From an uncultured Gammaproteobacteria bacterium (GTDB taxonomy: Bacteria; Patescibacteriota; Patescibacteriia; UBA9934; GWF2-40-263): a DNA stretch of 44,810 nt. The translations under genes were made by a program, and so were the position numbers. The stretch spans positions 1-44,810 of the forward strand of contig CAZNKO010000002.1 in the NCBI GenBank assembly GCA_964573855.1, read 5' to 3'. The notes below the pieces were generated by a model. That model made no database searches, was not told the DNA's origin, and saw only the letters and a program-made list of their open reading frames with translations. Below, piece by piece: positions 17,151 to 25,140 of the stretch; the first letter of the stretch is position 1, and every line of letters begins with the position of its first letter.

Positions 17151-18766
17151 TGTTCAGCTTCTTAAACACGGAGTCAAAAACCATCATGAGCGCCGCGGCC
17201 ATCGTCGGCGTTCTTTCCTTTGCGAGTCGCCTCGTCGGTCTCATCCGCGACCGCGTGCTCGCCGGGCTCTATGGCGCGGGTGATGTCCTCGACATTTACT
17301 ATACGGCATTCAAAGTGCCGGACCTTCTTTTTAATTTGCTCGTCGTCGGGGCCTTGTCCGCGAGTTTCATCCCGCTTTTCACGAAATATTATTACAACCA
17401 CGAGCAAAAACGCGCTTGGGATCTCGCGAACAACATTCTCCATTTACTTCTCATTGTGTTTAGCGTTTTGGCGATCGCGGCCGCATTTTTTTCCGAGCCC
17501 TTGGCACACGTCCTGGCACCCGGCTTTTCAGAAGCTAAACAAACGGATGTTGCTGCCTTTACCCGTGTCATGCTTATCGCACAAGTGGTCTTGGCTGTTT
17601 CCATGGTGTTTGGAAGCGCCTTGCAAGGGATGAAGCGATTCTTTCTCTATTCTTTTGCTCCGATCTTTTACAATGCTGGTATTATTATAGGGGCGCTCTG
17701 GCTCACCCAATGGCTTGGGCCGATCGGGCTCGCCTGGGGAGTGGTGCTCGGAGCCACCCTGCACGCCGCGACGCAAATCATCGGGGCCTCTGCCGCAGGA
17801 TACCGGTATATCTGGCGGCTGCGGTTGTTAGACCCTGACAGTCGGCAGATTCTGCGCCTCATGGGCCCACGTGTCCTGACGCTCGGGATCTATCGCGTGC
17901 TTTTTCTCGTCTTTACGATGATTGCTTCTACCCTTGCCGTCGGGAGCGTCACGATTTATCAGTTCGCGGACAACATTCAGCTTTTTCCGATCGGCATCAT
18001 CGGCATCTCGTATGCGGTCGCGGCGTTTCCGTCCTTTGCGGAGCACTTGAGCCGTGGGGAGACGAAGAAATTTGTGGAGGTGTTTGCGGGGACGGTGCGG
18101 CAGGTTTTGTTTTTCATGATCCCGCTCACGATGTTATTTTTGATTCTGCGCGCACAGATTGTCCGTGTTGTTGTTGGCGCCGGCGCGTTTGACTGGACCG
18201 CCACGATTTTGACAGCCGACACCCTCGCTTTTTTTACTTTAAGCATGACGGCCCAGGCGCTCGTCTTTATCGTCATCCGCGCATTTTTTGCTTTGCATGA
18301 CACATGGACCCCATTCATCGCTGGATTGGTTTCAGCGATTCTCGGCGTCGTGAGTGCTCTCTTTTTTACCTCAATCTGGGGAGTGGTTGGGTTCGGCATG
18401 GCTTTTTCGCTCGCGGCGACGGTTCACCTCGTTCTTCTCTGGGTCCCGCTCCGCCAACGGATTGGCACGCTTGGCGAGTCCACCATGATCCGGCCGCTCT
18501 TTGTGATGTCGGTCGCTGGAATGGCCGCGGGGGTTGTGATGCAGCTCCTTAAATCCTGGGTCGTGACCTTCATTTCACTCAACACATTTTGGGGCGTCTT
18601 TGATCAGGGATTGATCGCGGGCGGCATCGGTCTTCTCGTCTATGTTGGCGTTGCCTACGCGTTCCGCAACCAAGAGCTTCTTGATTTGGTCCACGGCGCC
18701 CGCCGTCGCTTCCTCAAGCGCTATCATCCGGAAGAGACGATCACGCCGGAATCGCCGACCGTCTGA
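17150..18766 (+). CDS. murJ: Lipid II flippase MurJ
   Basis: 538 aa and polytopic. The N-terminus (AAIVGVLSFASRLVGLIRDRVLAGLYGAG..D.YY.AF..P) is the MurJ/MviN signature. Confidence 0.85.
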   Translation: MFSFLNTESKTIMSAAAIVGVLSFASRLVGLIRDRVLAGLYGAGDVLDIYYTAFKVPDLLFNLLVVGALSASFIPLFTKYYYNHEQKRAWDLANNILHLLLIVFSVLAIAAAFFSEPLAHVLAPGFSEAKQTDVAAFTRVMLIAQVVLAVSMVFGSALQGMKRFFLYSFAPIFYNAGIIIGALWLTQWLGPIGLAWGVVLGATLHAATQIIGASAAGYRYIWRLRLLDPDSRQILRLMGPRVLTLGIYRVLFLVFTMIASTLAVGSVTIYQFADNIQLFPIGIIGISYAVAAFPSFAEHLSRGETKKFVEVFAGTVRQVLFFMIPLTMLFLILRAQIVRVVVGAGAFDWTATILTADTLAFFTLSMTAQALVFIVIRAFFALHDTWTPFIAGLVSAILGVVSALFFTSIWGVVGFGMAFSLAATVHLVLLWVPLRQRIGTLGESTMIRPLFVMSVAGMAAGVVMQLLKSWVVTFISLNTFWGVFDQGLIAGGIGLLVYVGVAYAFRNQELLDLVHGARRRFLKRYHPEETITPESPTV

Positions 18767-18790
18767 TCGTTGCCAAAGAAGCGATTTTTA

Positions 18791-18860
18791 TGTCATCCTG
18801 ACCCCGCCGACGGCGGGGGAAGGATCCCTAGAGATTCTTCACTTCGTTCAGAATGACACA
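18791..18860. repeat. Type-D palindromic element directly upstream of alaS
   Basis: GTCATCCTGA..CCGCCgaCGGCGG..GAAGGATCcctagaGATTCTTC..TCAGAATGAC. Confidence 0.7.
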
Positions 18861-18863
18861 CAC

Positions 18864-20717
18864 ATGACTTCCAAAGAATTACGGGCACAATTCCTCAAGT
18901 TTTTTGCGAGCCGCGGACACACCGTGATCCCGTCCGCTTCGCTTATTCCGGAAAATGATCCGACCGTGCTTTTTACGACCGCGGGTATGCATCCGCTCGT
19001 GCCGTTTTTGCTTGGAGAAAAACATCCAGGCGGAAAGCGGCTCACGAACGTGCAGAAGTGCATACGCACCGGCGATATTGACGAGGTCGGGGACGATACG
19101 CACCTCACGTTTTTTGAAATGCTCGGCAATTGGTCGCTCGGGGATTACTTCAAGAAGGAAGCGATCGCATGGAGCTTTGAATTCCTGACGGACAAGAAAT
19201 GGCTGGGCGTGGATCCGTCGCATCTCGCGATCTCCGTCTTTGCCGGCGATGAAAGCGCGCCACGGGATGAGGAATCCGTTGCCCTTTGGCTCGGCCAGGG
19301 AATCCCGAAAGACCGGATCGCCTATCTCGGCAAGGAAGATAACTGGTGGCCGGCTGGCGGAAAACATCCAGGGCCGCAAGGGCCAGACACGGAGATTTTT
19401 TATTGGACCGGAGCCATAAAGCCACCAAAGAAATTTGATCCGACCGATAAGTCTTGGGTAGAAATTTGGAACAACGTGTTCATGCAGTTCAATCGTCTGC
19501 CAGATGGCACGCTCGCGCCATTGAAGCAAAAGAATGTTGATACTGGCATGGGCCTTGAGCGCACGGTGGCCGTATTGCAAGGGAAGAAGAGTGTTTTTGA
19601 AACAGACGGATTCGTACCGATCATTCAAGCGATTGAGAAAGAAACAAAAAAATTGTATAGGAGCAATGAACGTCTCATGCGTGTCGTCGCGGATCATGTG
19701 CGCTCGGCTGTGATGTTGGTCTCTGATGGTGTCGTACCATCCAACAAGGACCAAGGGTACGTTTTGCGTAAATTGATTCGTCGGTCTGTTCGATATCTCA
19801 AACAGTTGGAAGCAATGGAAGCTATTGGAGCCGTCGCGGTCGCCGCCGCCGATACGTTAAAAGATGCGTATCCTGTACTTGTTGAGCGTGGAGATAATAT
19901 CGTGAAGACGATTAAGGATGAAGAAGCCAAGTTTGCAAAGGGACTCAAAGAAGTAGAAAGACTTGTACGTATCGGGAAGATTGAACTGATTTCCGAGGGA
20001 GCGGAACCAAAGATTTATAATCGAGTAGATTCAAAGAAGGCCTTTGATATTTATCAGACGTACGGTTTCCCACTTGAGTTGATTCAAGAAGAGCTTGCAA
20101 AAAAAGCGTTGGTCGTTGACGAGAAAGAATTCAAGGAAGAATTCAACAAACATTTCAAAAAGCACCAAGACCTGTCGCGCGCGGGCGCGGGACAAAAATT
20201 TGCTGGCGGGCTCGCGGATCATGCGGAGGAAACCGTGCGTCTCCACACCGCCACCCATCTTCTCCATCAAGCCCTTCGCTCTGTGCTTGGGTCCCATGTG
20301 TTCCAGAAAGGATCGAACATCACGCGCGAACGCTTGCGCTTTGATTTTTCCCATCCAGAAAAAATGACCCAGGATCAAATTAAAGCGGTTGAAAAATTGG
20401 TGAACGAACAAATCAAAAAAGATCTCCCCGTGCATTATGAGATTCTCAACATTGAGGAAGCAAAGAGGCGCGGGGCGATTGGGCTCTTCGAGGACAAGTA
20501 CGCCCAGCTCGGCGGCAAGATCAAAGTGTATTTCGTGGGCGACCCTTCGACAGGCTCAGGGCAGGCGATTGATGGTTATTTCAGCAAGGAAGTTTGCGGC
20601 GGGCCGCACGTGAAGCGTTCTAGCGAGATTGGCACCCTCAAGATCACAAAAGAAGAGGCCGTCTCCTCTGGCGTCCGCCGGATCAAGGCAGTCGTGAATG
20701 GTCAAAACGTGCCTTAA
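18864..20717 (+). CDS. alaS: Alanine--tRNA ligase, short form (617 aa, ends after the editing domain)
   Basis: MTSKELRAQFLKFFASRGH..FTTAGM..FEMLGNWSLGDYFK, editing-domain HTATHLLH and CGGPHV. ATG 18864 gives the canonical N-terminus. Confidence 0.9.
   Translation: MTSKELRAQFLKFFASRGHTVIPSASLIPENDPTVLFTTAGMHPLVPFLLGEKHPGGKRLTNVQKCIRTGDIDEVGDDTHLTFFEMLGNWSLGDYFKKEAIAWSFEFLTDKKWLGVDPSHLAISVFAGDESAPRDEESVALWLGQGIPKDRIAYLGKEDNWWPAGGKHPGPQGPDTEIFYWTGAIKPPKKFDPTDKSWVEIWNNVFMQFNRLPDGTLAPLKQKNVDTGMGLERTVAVLQGKKSVFETDGFVPIIQAIEKETKKLYRSNERLMRVVADHVRSAVMLVSDGVVPSNKDQGYVLRKLIRRSVRYLKQLEAMEAIGAVAVAAADTLKDAYPVLVERGDNIVKTIKDEEAKFAKGLKEVERLVRIGKIELISEGAEPKIYNRVDSKKAFDIYQTYGFPLELIQEELAKKALVVDEKEFKEEFNKHFKKHQDLSRAGAGQKFAGGLADHAEETVRLHTATHLLHQALRSVLGSHVFQKGSNITRERLRFDFSHPEKMTQDQIKAVEKLVNEQIKKDLPVHYEILNIEEAKRRGAIGLFEDKYAQLGGKIKVYFVGDPSTGSGQAIDGYFSKEVCGGPHVKRSSEIGTLKITKEEAVSSGVRRIKAVVNGQNVP
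20543..20561 (+). repeat. Short type-A element (CCCTTCGACAGGCTCAGGG), in-frame in alaS (PSTGSG)
   Basis: Differs by one nucleotide from the copies at 7129 and 7378, with the same orientation and reading frame. Confidence 0.75.
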
Positions 20718-20737
20718 ATTAGCGCAAATAGACAAAC

Positions 20738-20766
20738 TTGACACCCACATGCGATTTCCCTACAAT
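20738..20766 (+). promoter_or_regulatory. Consensus sigma-70-type promoter (TTGACA, 17-nt spacer, TACAAT) upstream of infA
   Basis: TTGACA at 20738-20743, a 17-nt spacer, TACAAT at 20761-20766, about 70 nt upstream of the infA ATG. Confidence 0.65.
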
Positions 20767-20837
20767 ATGCGCGCCTGCGATTGTCCACAGATCCCTTGCG
20801 ATTTTTTGGCTCAGATGATAGACTTTCGGCACTCTTT

Positions 20838-21071
20838 ATGAGTGATCAAGGGAACTCAGCGACAAAGCAGTTTATCGAAATGCGAGGAACGGTGGATGAA
20901 CTTCTGCCGTCCGCTCAATTCAAAATCACCCTTGAGAACGGGCAGAACATCATCGGACACTTGTCCGGCAAGATGCGTCTCAATCGCATCCGTCTTCTTC
21001 CGGGCGACGAGGTAAAGGTCGAGATGAGTCCGTACGATCTCACAAAAGGGCGTGTCGTGTATCGATTTTAA
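20838..21071 (+). CDS. infA: Translation initiation factor IF-1
   Basis: S1-like sequence [26 protein letters not shown]...IR.LPGD.V.VE.SPYDL.KGR..YR. Confidence 0.9.
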   Translation: MSDQGNSATKQFIEMRGTVDELLPSAQFKITLENGQNIIGHLSGKMRLNRIRLLPGDEVKVEMSPYDLTKGRVVYRF

Positions 21072-21080
21072 CAGTGAGAC

Positions 21081-21150
21081 ATTGGGAGTTGGAAATTGGA
21101 GGTGGGACGTGTTTCGTCCAACATCTCATCTCCAACCCCCAATTTCTATT
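21081..21150. repeat. Ten heptanucleotide units forming an inverted (TTGGAGN)n / (NTCCAAC)n hairpin. It fills the infA-rpmJ spacer.
   Basis: attggga gttggaa attggag gtgggac gtgtttc gtccaac atctcat ctccaac ccccaat ttctatt. Confidence 0.75.
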
Positions 21151-21154
21151 ATTT

Positions 21155-21268
21155 ATGAAGGTGCGATCCTCCGCCAAGGCCATGTGCCGCGACTGCAAAG
21201 TGATCCGACGCCGCGGTCGGGTGGTTGTGATCTGCAAGGACCCAAGACATAAACAGCGACAAGGATAA
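21155..21268 (+). CDS. rpmJ: 50S ribosomal protein L36
   Basis: [37 protein letters not shown] (37 aa). Confidence 0.9.
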   Translation: MKVRSSAKAMCRDCKVIRRRGRVVVICKDPRHKQRQG

Positions 21269-21270
21269 AT

Positions 21271-21354
21271 ACGTGGATTGTGGAACGTGTAACGTGGAAC
21301 GTCTAACGTTATACGATCCACGATCTACGATCTACGATTCACGACCAACGAATA
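21271..21354. repeat. Twelve heptanucleotide units (6 x ACGTGGA-like, then 6 x ACGATCT-like). They fill the rpmJ-rpsM spacer.
   Basis: acgtgga ttgtgga acgtgta acgtgga acgtcta acgttat acgatcc acgatct acgatct acgattc acgacca acgaata. The halves are partly complementary (CGTGGAT/ATCCACG). Confidence 0.8.
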
Positions 21355-21357
21355 TCT

Positions 21358-21744
21358 ATGGCACGCATTGCCGGCGTCACACTCCCGAACGAAAAACGCA
21401 TTGTGGTGGCCCTCACCTATATTTATGGTGTCGGGACATCAACCGCGCGGAAAGTTTTGAAGGAAGCGAAGGTCAGCGAGGATATCCATGCGAAAGATCT
21501 GACCGAGACGCAGGCCGCCGCGATTCGGAACATTTTGGAAAAGAATTATCGTCTGGAAGGGGAGTTGAAGCGCCAGGTGCTTTCGAACATCAAGCGGCTG
21601 AAAGACATTGGGAGCTATCGCGGTATCCGCCACGTCAAAAAACTTCCGGTGCGCGGCCAGCGGACCAAGACGAATTCCCGCACCGTGCGCGGCAATGTGC
21701 GCCGCACGATGACGAGCGGCCGCCGTGTCCTCACAAAGACCTAA
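21358..21744 (+). CDS. rpsM: 30S ribosomal protein S13
   Basis: MARIAGV.LP..K.....LTYIYG.G...A; a 128-aa ORF. Confidence 0.95.
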   Translation: MARIAGVTLPNEKRIVVALTYIYGVGTSTARKVLKEAKVSEDIHAKDLTETQAAAIRNILEKNYRLEGELKRQVLSNIKRLKDIGSYRGIRHVKKLPVRGQRTKTNSRTVRGNVRRTMTSGRRVLTKT

Positions 21745-22009
21745 GGGTGTGGGATGCATATAGCATCAATTGAGCGGAGCCAGTTTTGTTCAGCTGCAAG
21801 GCGTCGAGGAGCGACGCGATGCCAAAGCATCGCGAGCGACGAGCAACGCAGCAGATGGATGAAACTGGCCCGCCCAAGGGGAAGCTCAAATCTGGCTGAT
21901 TTCTGCGTTGCTCCTCCTTGAAGGAGCTTAAGCTCCTCCTTCGTCGTCGCGCCTTGAAATCATCACACATTTGAGCTTCTCAATTCGATGCTATATGCAT
22001 TTCACACCC
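21745..22009 (+). mobile_element. 265-bp MITE-like / structured-RNA element with ~30-bp terminal inverted repeats, flanked by TAA on both sides, inserted between rpsM and rpsK
   Basis: Left arm GGGTGTGGGATGCATATAGCATCAATTGAG (21745-21774). The reverse complement of the right arm (21979-22009) is GGGTGTGAAATGCATATAGCATCGAATTGAG. Flanks are cc-TAA|...|TAA-tATG. Internal perfect stems: GAGCAACGCAG/CTGCGTTGCTC, CGCGATGC-caaa-GCATCGCG, and the 18-bp palindrome AAGGAGCTTAAGCTCCTT. Confidence 0.6.
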
Positions 22010-22013
22010 TAAT

Positions 22014-22457
22014 ATGGCAACGGCAACCGTCAAACCGGCAGCAAAAACGACCGCCGAAGCCGCTGCCTCCCCGGTCGTGAAACCACGCAAGAAGACCAAA
22101 GCCGTGCGGCAGGTTCCGCACGGCTGTGCCTACGTTCAGGCAACCTACAACAACACGATCATCACGATCACGGACTTAAACGGCAATACGCTCGGATGGG
22201 CCTCGGCCGGCAACTGCGGATTCACGGGCCCCAAAAAGGCCACCCCGTATGCCGCGAGCATTATTGTGAAGACGATTGCGGATCGGGTGAAAGATTTCGG
22301 AGTGAAAGATTTGAACGTATTTGTAAAAGGAGTAGGGCAGGGGCGCGATTCCGCGGTTCGGGCCTTGAACACCCAGGGCTTTAACGTGCTGACCATGAAG
22401 GACGTCACGGCTTTGCCGCATAACGGCTGTCGCCCGTCACGGCCGCGTCGCGTGTAA
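22014..22457 (+). CDS. rpsK: 30S ribosomal protein S11
   Basis: ..G.AYVQATYNNTIITITD..GN.L.WASAG..GF.G.KK.TPYAA.. with an N-terminal basic extension. Confidence 0.95.
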   Translation: MATATVKPAAKTTAEAAASPVVKPRKKTKAVRQVPHGCAYVQATYNNTIITITDLNGNTLGWASAGNCGFTGPKKATPYAASIIVKTIADRVKDFGVKDLNVFVKGVGQGRDSAVRALNTQGFNVLTMKDVTALPHNGCRPSRPRRV

Positions 22458-22464
22458 AAATCCT

Positions 22465-23085
22465 ATGGGAGTCTCCCTCAAATCCACTTGCAAACTTTGC
22501 CGCCGGGAAGGCGTGTCGCTCTGCGGCCGCGAGAATTGCGCGGTTAAGCGCCGGCCGTTCCCGCCAGGCGTGCATGGGCCCGCGCAGATGAAGCGCCGGC
22601 CTCGTTTGTCATCCTACGGCACACAGCTCCGGGAAAAGCAGAAGGCCAAGCGCCTCTACAACATCATGGAGCGCCAGTTCCGCCGCTATTTCGAGAACGC
22701 GTCCAAAAAGAAAGGCAACACCGCGACGTATTTGATCCAGCTCCTTGAAACCCGGCTCGACAATGTCGTGTACCGCTTGGGGCTCGCCCTCACTCGCCGC
22801 CAGGCCCGCCAAATGGTAAGCCACGGTTTCTTTACCGTGAATGGCAAGCCGGTCAACATCCCGTCCTACCAAACACACCCAGGCGACATCGTCGCTGTAA
22901 AGGAATCGAAGCGCGCCAAGGGCCTCCTCGGCAACATTCAGGAGCGTCTTGCAAAAGTGGAGGCTCCGAAATGGCTTTCCCTCGAGGCAGTGAACCTGAC
23001 GGGCAAGGTTACGGCCCTGCCGGAAGGGGAGGACCTCCGGCAGGTGTTTGACCCCACCCTCATTGTCGAATTTTATTCCCGTTAA
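22465..23085 (+). CDS. rpsD: 30S ribosomal protein S4 (Zn-ribbon type)
   Basis: CKLCRREGVSLCGRENCAVKRR, YG.QLREKQK and the S4 RNA-binding domain LE.RLDNVVYRLG.A.TR.QARQ.V.HG. Confidence 0.95.
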   Translation: MGVSLKSTCKLCRREGVSLCGRENCAVKRRPFPPGVHGPAQMKRRPRLSSYGTQLREKQKAKRLYNIMERQFRRYFENASKKKGNTATYLIQLLETRLDNVVYRLGLALTRRQARQMVSHGFFTVNGKPVNIPSYQTHPGDIVAVKESKRAKGLLGNIQERLAKVEAPKWLSLEAVNLTGKVTALPEGEDLRQVFDPTLIVEFYSR

Positions 23086-23100
23086 TTTTTTCACGGGATT

Positions 23101-23826
23101 ATGGAAAATATTCTCCTCCCATCCTCGATCCGTTTTGAACCCGGGACCCGCCCGAACGAGGGCCTGATGGTCATTGAGCCTTGTTTCCACGGGTACGGTA
23201 CCACGCTTGGAAACGCCATTCGGCGCGTGCTGTTGTCGTCCCTTCCGGGCGCCGCGGTCACGGCCGTCAAGATCAAGGGGGTGACGCACGATTTTCAGGC
23301 CATGGACAACGTAAAAGAAGACGTCTTGGAAATCATTTTGAATTTGAAGACTCTCCGGCTTAAAGTGTTCAGCGAGGAGCCGGTGAAGCTCACGCTCAAA
23401 GTGACAGGGGAGAAGACCGTGAAAGCCGGGGACATTGAGCCGAATGCGGAAGTGGAGATTGTGAATCCGGAACTCAAGATCGCGACCCTGACGGACCCGA
23501 AGGCAACGCTCGAGATGGAACTCACGGTCGCCCGCGGTCGCGGATACAAGCCGACCGAGGAGCGTCTCAAGGAAAACAATGAACTCGGCGTCATCGCGAT
23601 CGATTCTTTGTACTCGCCGGTTCGAAACGTGGGCTACCGTGTCGAAAACACGCGCGTCGGGGAGATCACGAACTACGATAAACTCCTCATGACGATTGAA
23701 ACCGATGGCACCATCACACCTGAGGAGGCGGTAAAAGAGGCTGCGAAGGTTTTGATTGACCACTTCTCGCTTTTTCTGCAGCCGTCCGCCCCCGCAGAAG
23801 TGCCGGCCGAAGCTGCGGCAGAATAA
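23101..23826 (+). CDS. rpoA: DNA-directed RNA polymerase alpha subunit, N-terminal domain only (241 aa)
   Basis: GYG.TLGNA.RRVLLSS.PGAAVT.VKI.GV.H.F, RGRGY and VENTRVG...YDKL. The ORF ends after a short Ala/Pro/Glu tail. Confidence 0.9.
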   Translation: MENILLPSSIRFEPGTRPNEGLMVIEPCFHGYGTTLGNAIRRVLLSSLPGAAVTAVKIKGVTHDFQAMDNVKEDVLEIILNLKTLRLKVFSEEPVKLTLKVTGEKTVKAGDIEPNAEVEIVNPELKIATLTDPKATLEMELTVARGRGYKPTEERLKENNELGVIAIDSLYSPVRNVGYRVENTRVGEITNYDKLLMTIETDGTITPEEAVKEAAKVLIDHFSLFLQPSAPAEVPAEAAAE

Positions 23827-23829
23827 CCT

Positions 23830-24180
23830 ATGCGCCATCGGAAGAAAGGAAAAGTCTTGGATCGAGCAAAGGCCCCGCGCGAGGCCTTGCTTCGGAATTT
23901 GGCCGCGAGCGTCATTTTGTACGAAAAGGTAAAGACGACTGAGGCCAAGGCCAAAGCCGTGAAGCCGATGGTGGAGCGTGCGATTACCACTGGCAAGAAG
24001 CCCAGTCTTGCGGCGCGTCGGAATCTCATGAGGATTTTTTATACCGAGCACCCGGTGAAGAAAATTTTGGAAGTTTTGGGCCCCCGCTATGCCACGCGTC
24101 CGGGCGGTTACACTCGCATTGTGAAGCTCGGGACGCGGCAAGGCGACGGGGCGCAAGTGGTGCAGATTGAACTCGTATGA
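23830..24180 (+). CDS. rplQ: 50S ribosomal protein L17
   Basis: MRH.KKG.KL.R....R.ALLRNLA.S....E.V.TT..KAK.. Confidence 0.95.
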   Translation: MRHRKKGKVLDRAKAPREALLRNLAASVILYEKVKTTEAKAKAVKPMVERAITTGKKPSLAARRNLMRIFYTEHPVKKILEVLGPRYATRPGGYTRIVKLGTRQGDGAQVVQIELV

Positions 24181-24536
24181 TCAAGATCACTCCGAAAACC
24201 CACACGATTGATGCGGCGGGCAAAGTGCTCGGACGTTTGGCGTCCGAGATCGCCCCGCTTCTCATGGGGAAGAAAACCGCGGGCTATACGCCGAACATCG
24301 ATGCGGGAGATGTCGTGGAGGTCACCAATGCCGGCAAGATCATCGTGACCGGAAAAAAGATGGAACAGAAGATGTATTATCATCACACGACGCATCCGGG
24401 TGGACTCCGAACCAAACAGATGAAAACCCTTTGGGAAAAAGACGCGGGCGAGGCCTTGCGCCGCGCCGTGTCGCGAATGCTGCCGAAGAACAAGCTGCGC
24501 ACTCCGCGGCTCAACCGTTTGATTATCAAGAACTAA
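24177..24536 (+). CDS. rplM: 50S ribosomal protein L13
   Basis: GKVLGRLAS.IA.LL.GK....YTPN.D.GD.V.V.NA..I..TG.K...K.YY.HT..PGG. ATGA overlap with rplQ. Confidence 0.9.
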   Translation: MIKITPKTHTIDAAGKVLGRLASEIAPLLMGKKTAGYTPNIDAGDVVEVTNAGKIIVTGKKMEQKMYYHHTTHPGGLRTKQMKTLWEKDAGEALRRAVSRMLPKNKLRTPRLNRLIIKN

Positions 24537-24537
24537 T

Positions 24538-24942
24538 ATGGCTGAAGCAACGACACGCTACATTCCAGGTCTTGGCCGGCGAAAAGAAGCGACCGCCCAG
24601 GTTCGTTTGATTCCAAACGGCAGCGGCAAGATTACGATCAATGACCGCGAGATGGCCGCGTATTTTCCCGTGTATTCGCTTCAGCAGGTCGTGAAGGCGC
24701 CGCTTGCGGCCACAGGAGCAGAAGGGAAGTTTGATGTGAGCGTCAAAGTCATGGGCGGCGGCATCCACGGCCAGGCTGACAGTGTGCGCCTCGGCATCGC
24801 TCGCGCTCTCGTCGCCTTCAATCCAGATTATCGCACCTCACTCAAAAAACTTGGGCACTTGAAACGCGACGCCCGCGTTCGCGAACGCAAAAAGTACGGA
24901 AAGAAATCCGCCCGCCGTTCTCCTCAGTGGGCCAAACGTTAA
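24538..24942 (+). CDS. rpsI: 30S ribosomal protein S9
   Basis: GRRKEA.A.VRL..G.G.I.IN, V.GGG..GQA.....GIARAL and RDAR..ERKK.G...ARR..Q..KR. Confidence 0.95.
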   Translation: MAEATTRYIPGLGRRKEATAQVRLIPNGSGKITINDREMAAYFPVYSLQQVVKAPLAATGAEGKFDVSVKVMGGGIHGQADSVRLGIARALVAFNPDYRTSLKKLGHLKRDARVRERKKYGKKSARRSPQWAKR

Positions 24943-24945
24943 ATT

Positions 24946-25014
24946 TTCTCCCCCTTTTTCCGCCAGAGGCGGACCAGCCTCTGGCTGGCAAGGGGGAGTT
25001 AGAGGGGGTTACCG
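24946..25014. repeat. Intergenic copy of the type-B palindromic element
   Basis: TTCTCCCCCTTTTTCCGCCAGAGGCGGACCAGCCTCTGGCTGGCAAGGGGGAGTTAGAGGGGGTTACCG. Compare 11157..11226 inside mnmA. Confidence 0.75.
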
Positions 25015-25018
25015 CAAA

Positions 25019-25038
25019 CCGCCCACCCGGGCGGTTTT
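25019..25038 (+). terminator. Likely intrinsic terminator of the ribosomal-protein operon
   Basis: CCGCCC-accc-GGGCGG followed by TTTT. Confidence 0.55.
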
Positions 25039-25109
25039 AGTTTTGAAATGTGGATAAAAATTCTTGACAGATCACCGGAAATCTGATTGAATAGATCATA
25101 ACAAAGTTG

Positions 25110-25140
25110 AAATACAACTCCCCCGCAGGGAGTTGTATTT
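25110..25140. other. Perfect 13-bp stem / 5-nt loop hairpin at the left edge of the accessory island
   Basis: AAATACAACTCCC ccgca GGGAGTTGTATTT. No U-tract follows on either strand. Confidence 0.5.

Noticed and set aside
18879-19754. 291-aa minus-strand ORF
   Set aside because: It is antisense to alaS.
21081-21354. Heptamer arrays as a CRISPR-like or satellite array
   Set aside because: The units are 7 nt with no spacers, so they are simple tandem repeats. They are reported as junction repeats, not CRISPR.
21731-21970. 79-aa minus-strand ORF inside the rpsM-rpsK spacer
   Set aside because: It lies entirely within the inverted-repeat-bounded element, and its frame is a by-product of the palindromic structure.
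22609-24156. 515-aa ORF on the minus strand
   Set aside because: It runs antisense across rpsD, rpoA and rplQ, whose identities are unambiguous. Its Arg/Leu/Gly-rich composition is typical of antisense frames in GC-rich coding DNA.
25064-25092. Promoter call for the methyltransferase (TTGACA, 17-nt spacer, TTGAAT)
   Set aside because: The -35 is perfect but the -10 candidate matches only 4 of 6 positions. That is too weak to list as a feature, so it is mentioned only in the island-boundary finding.
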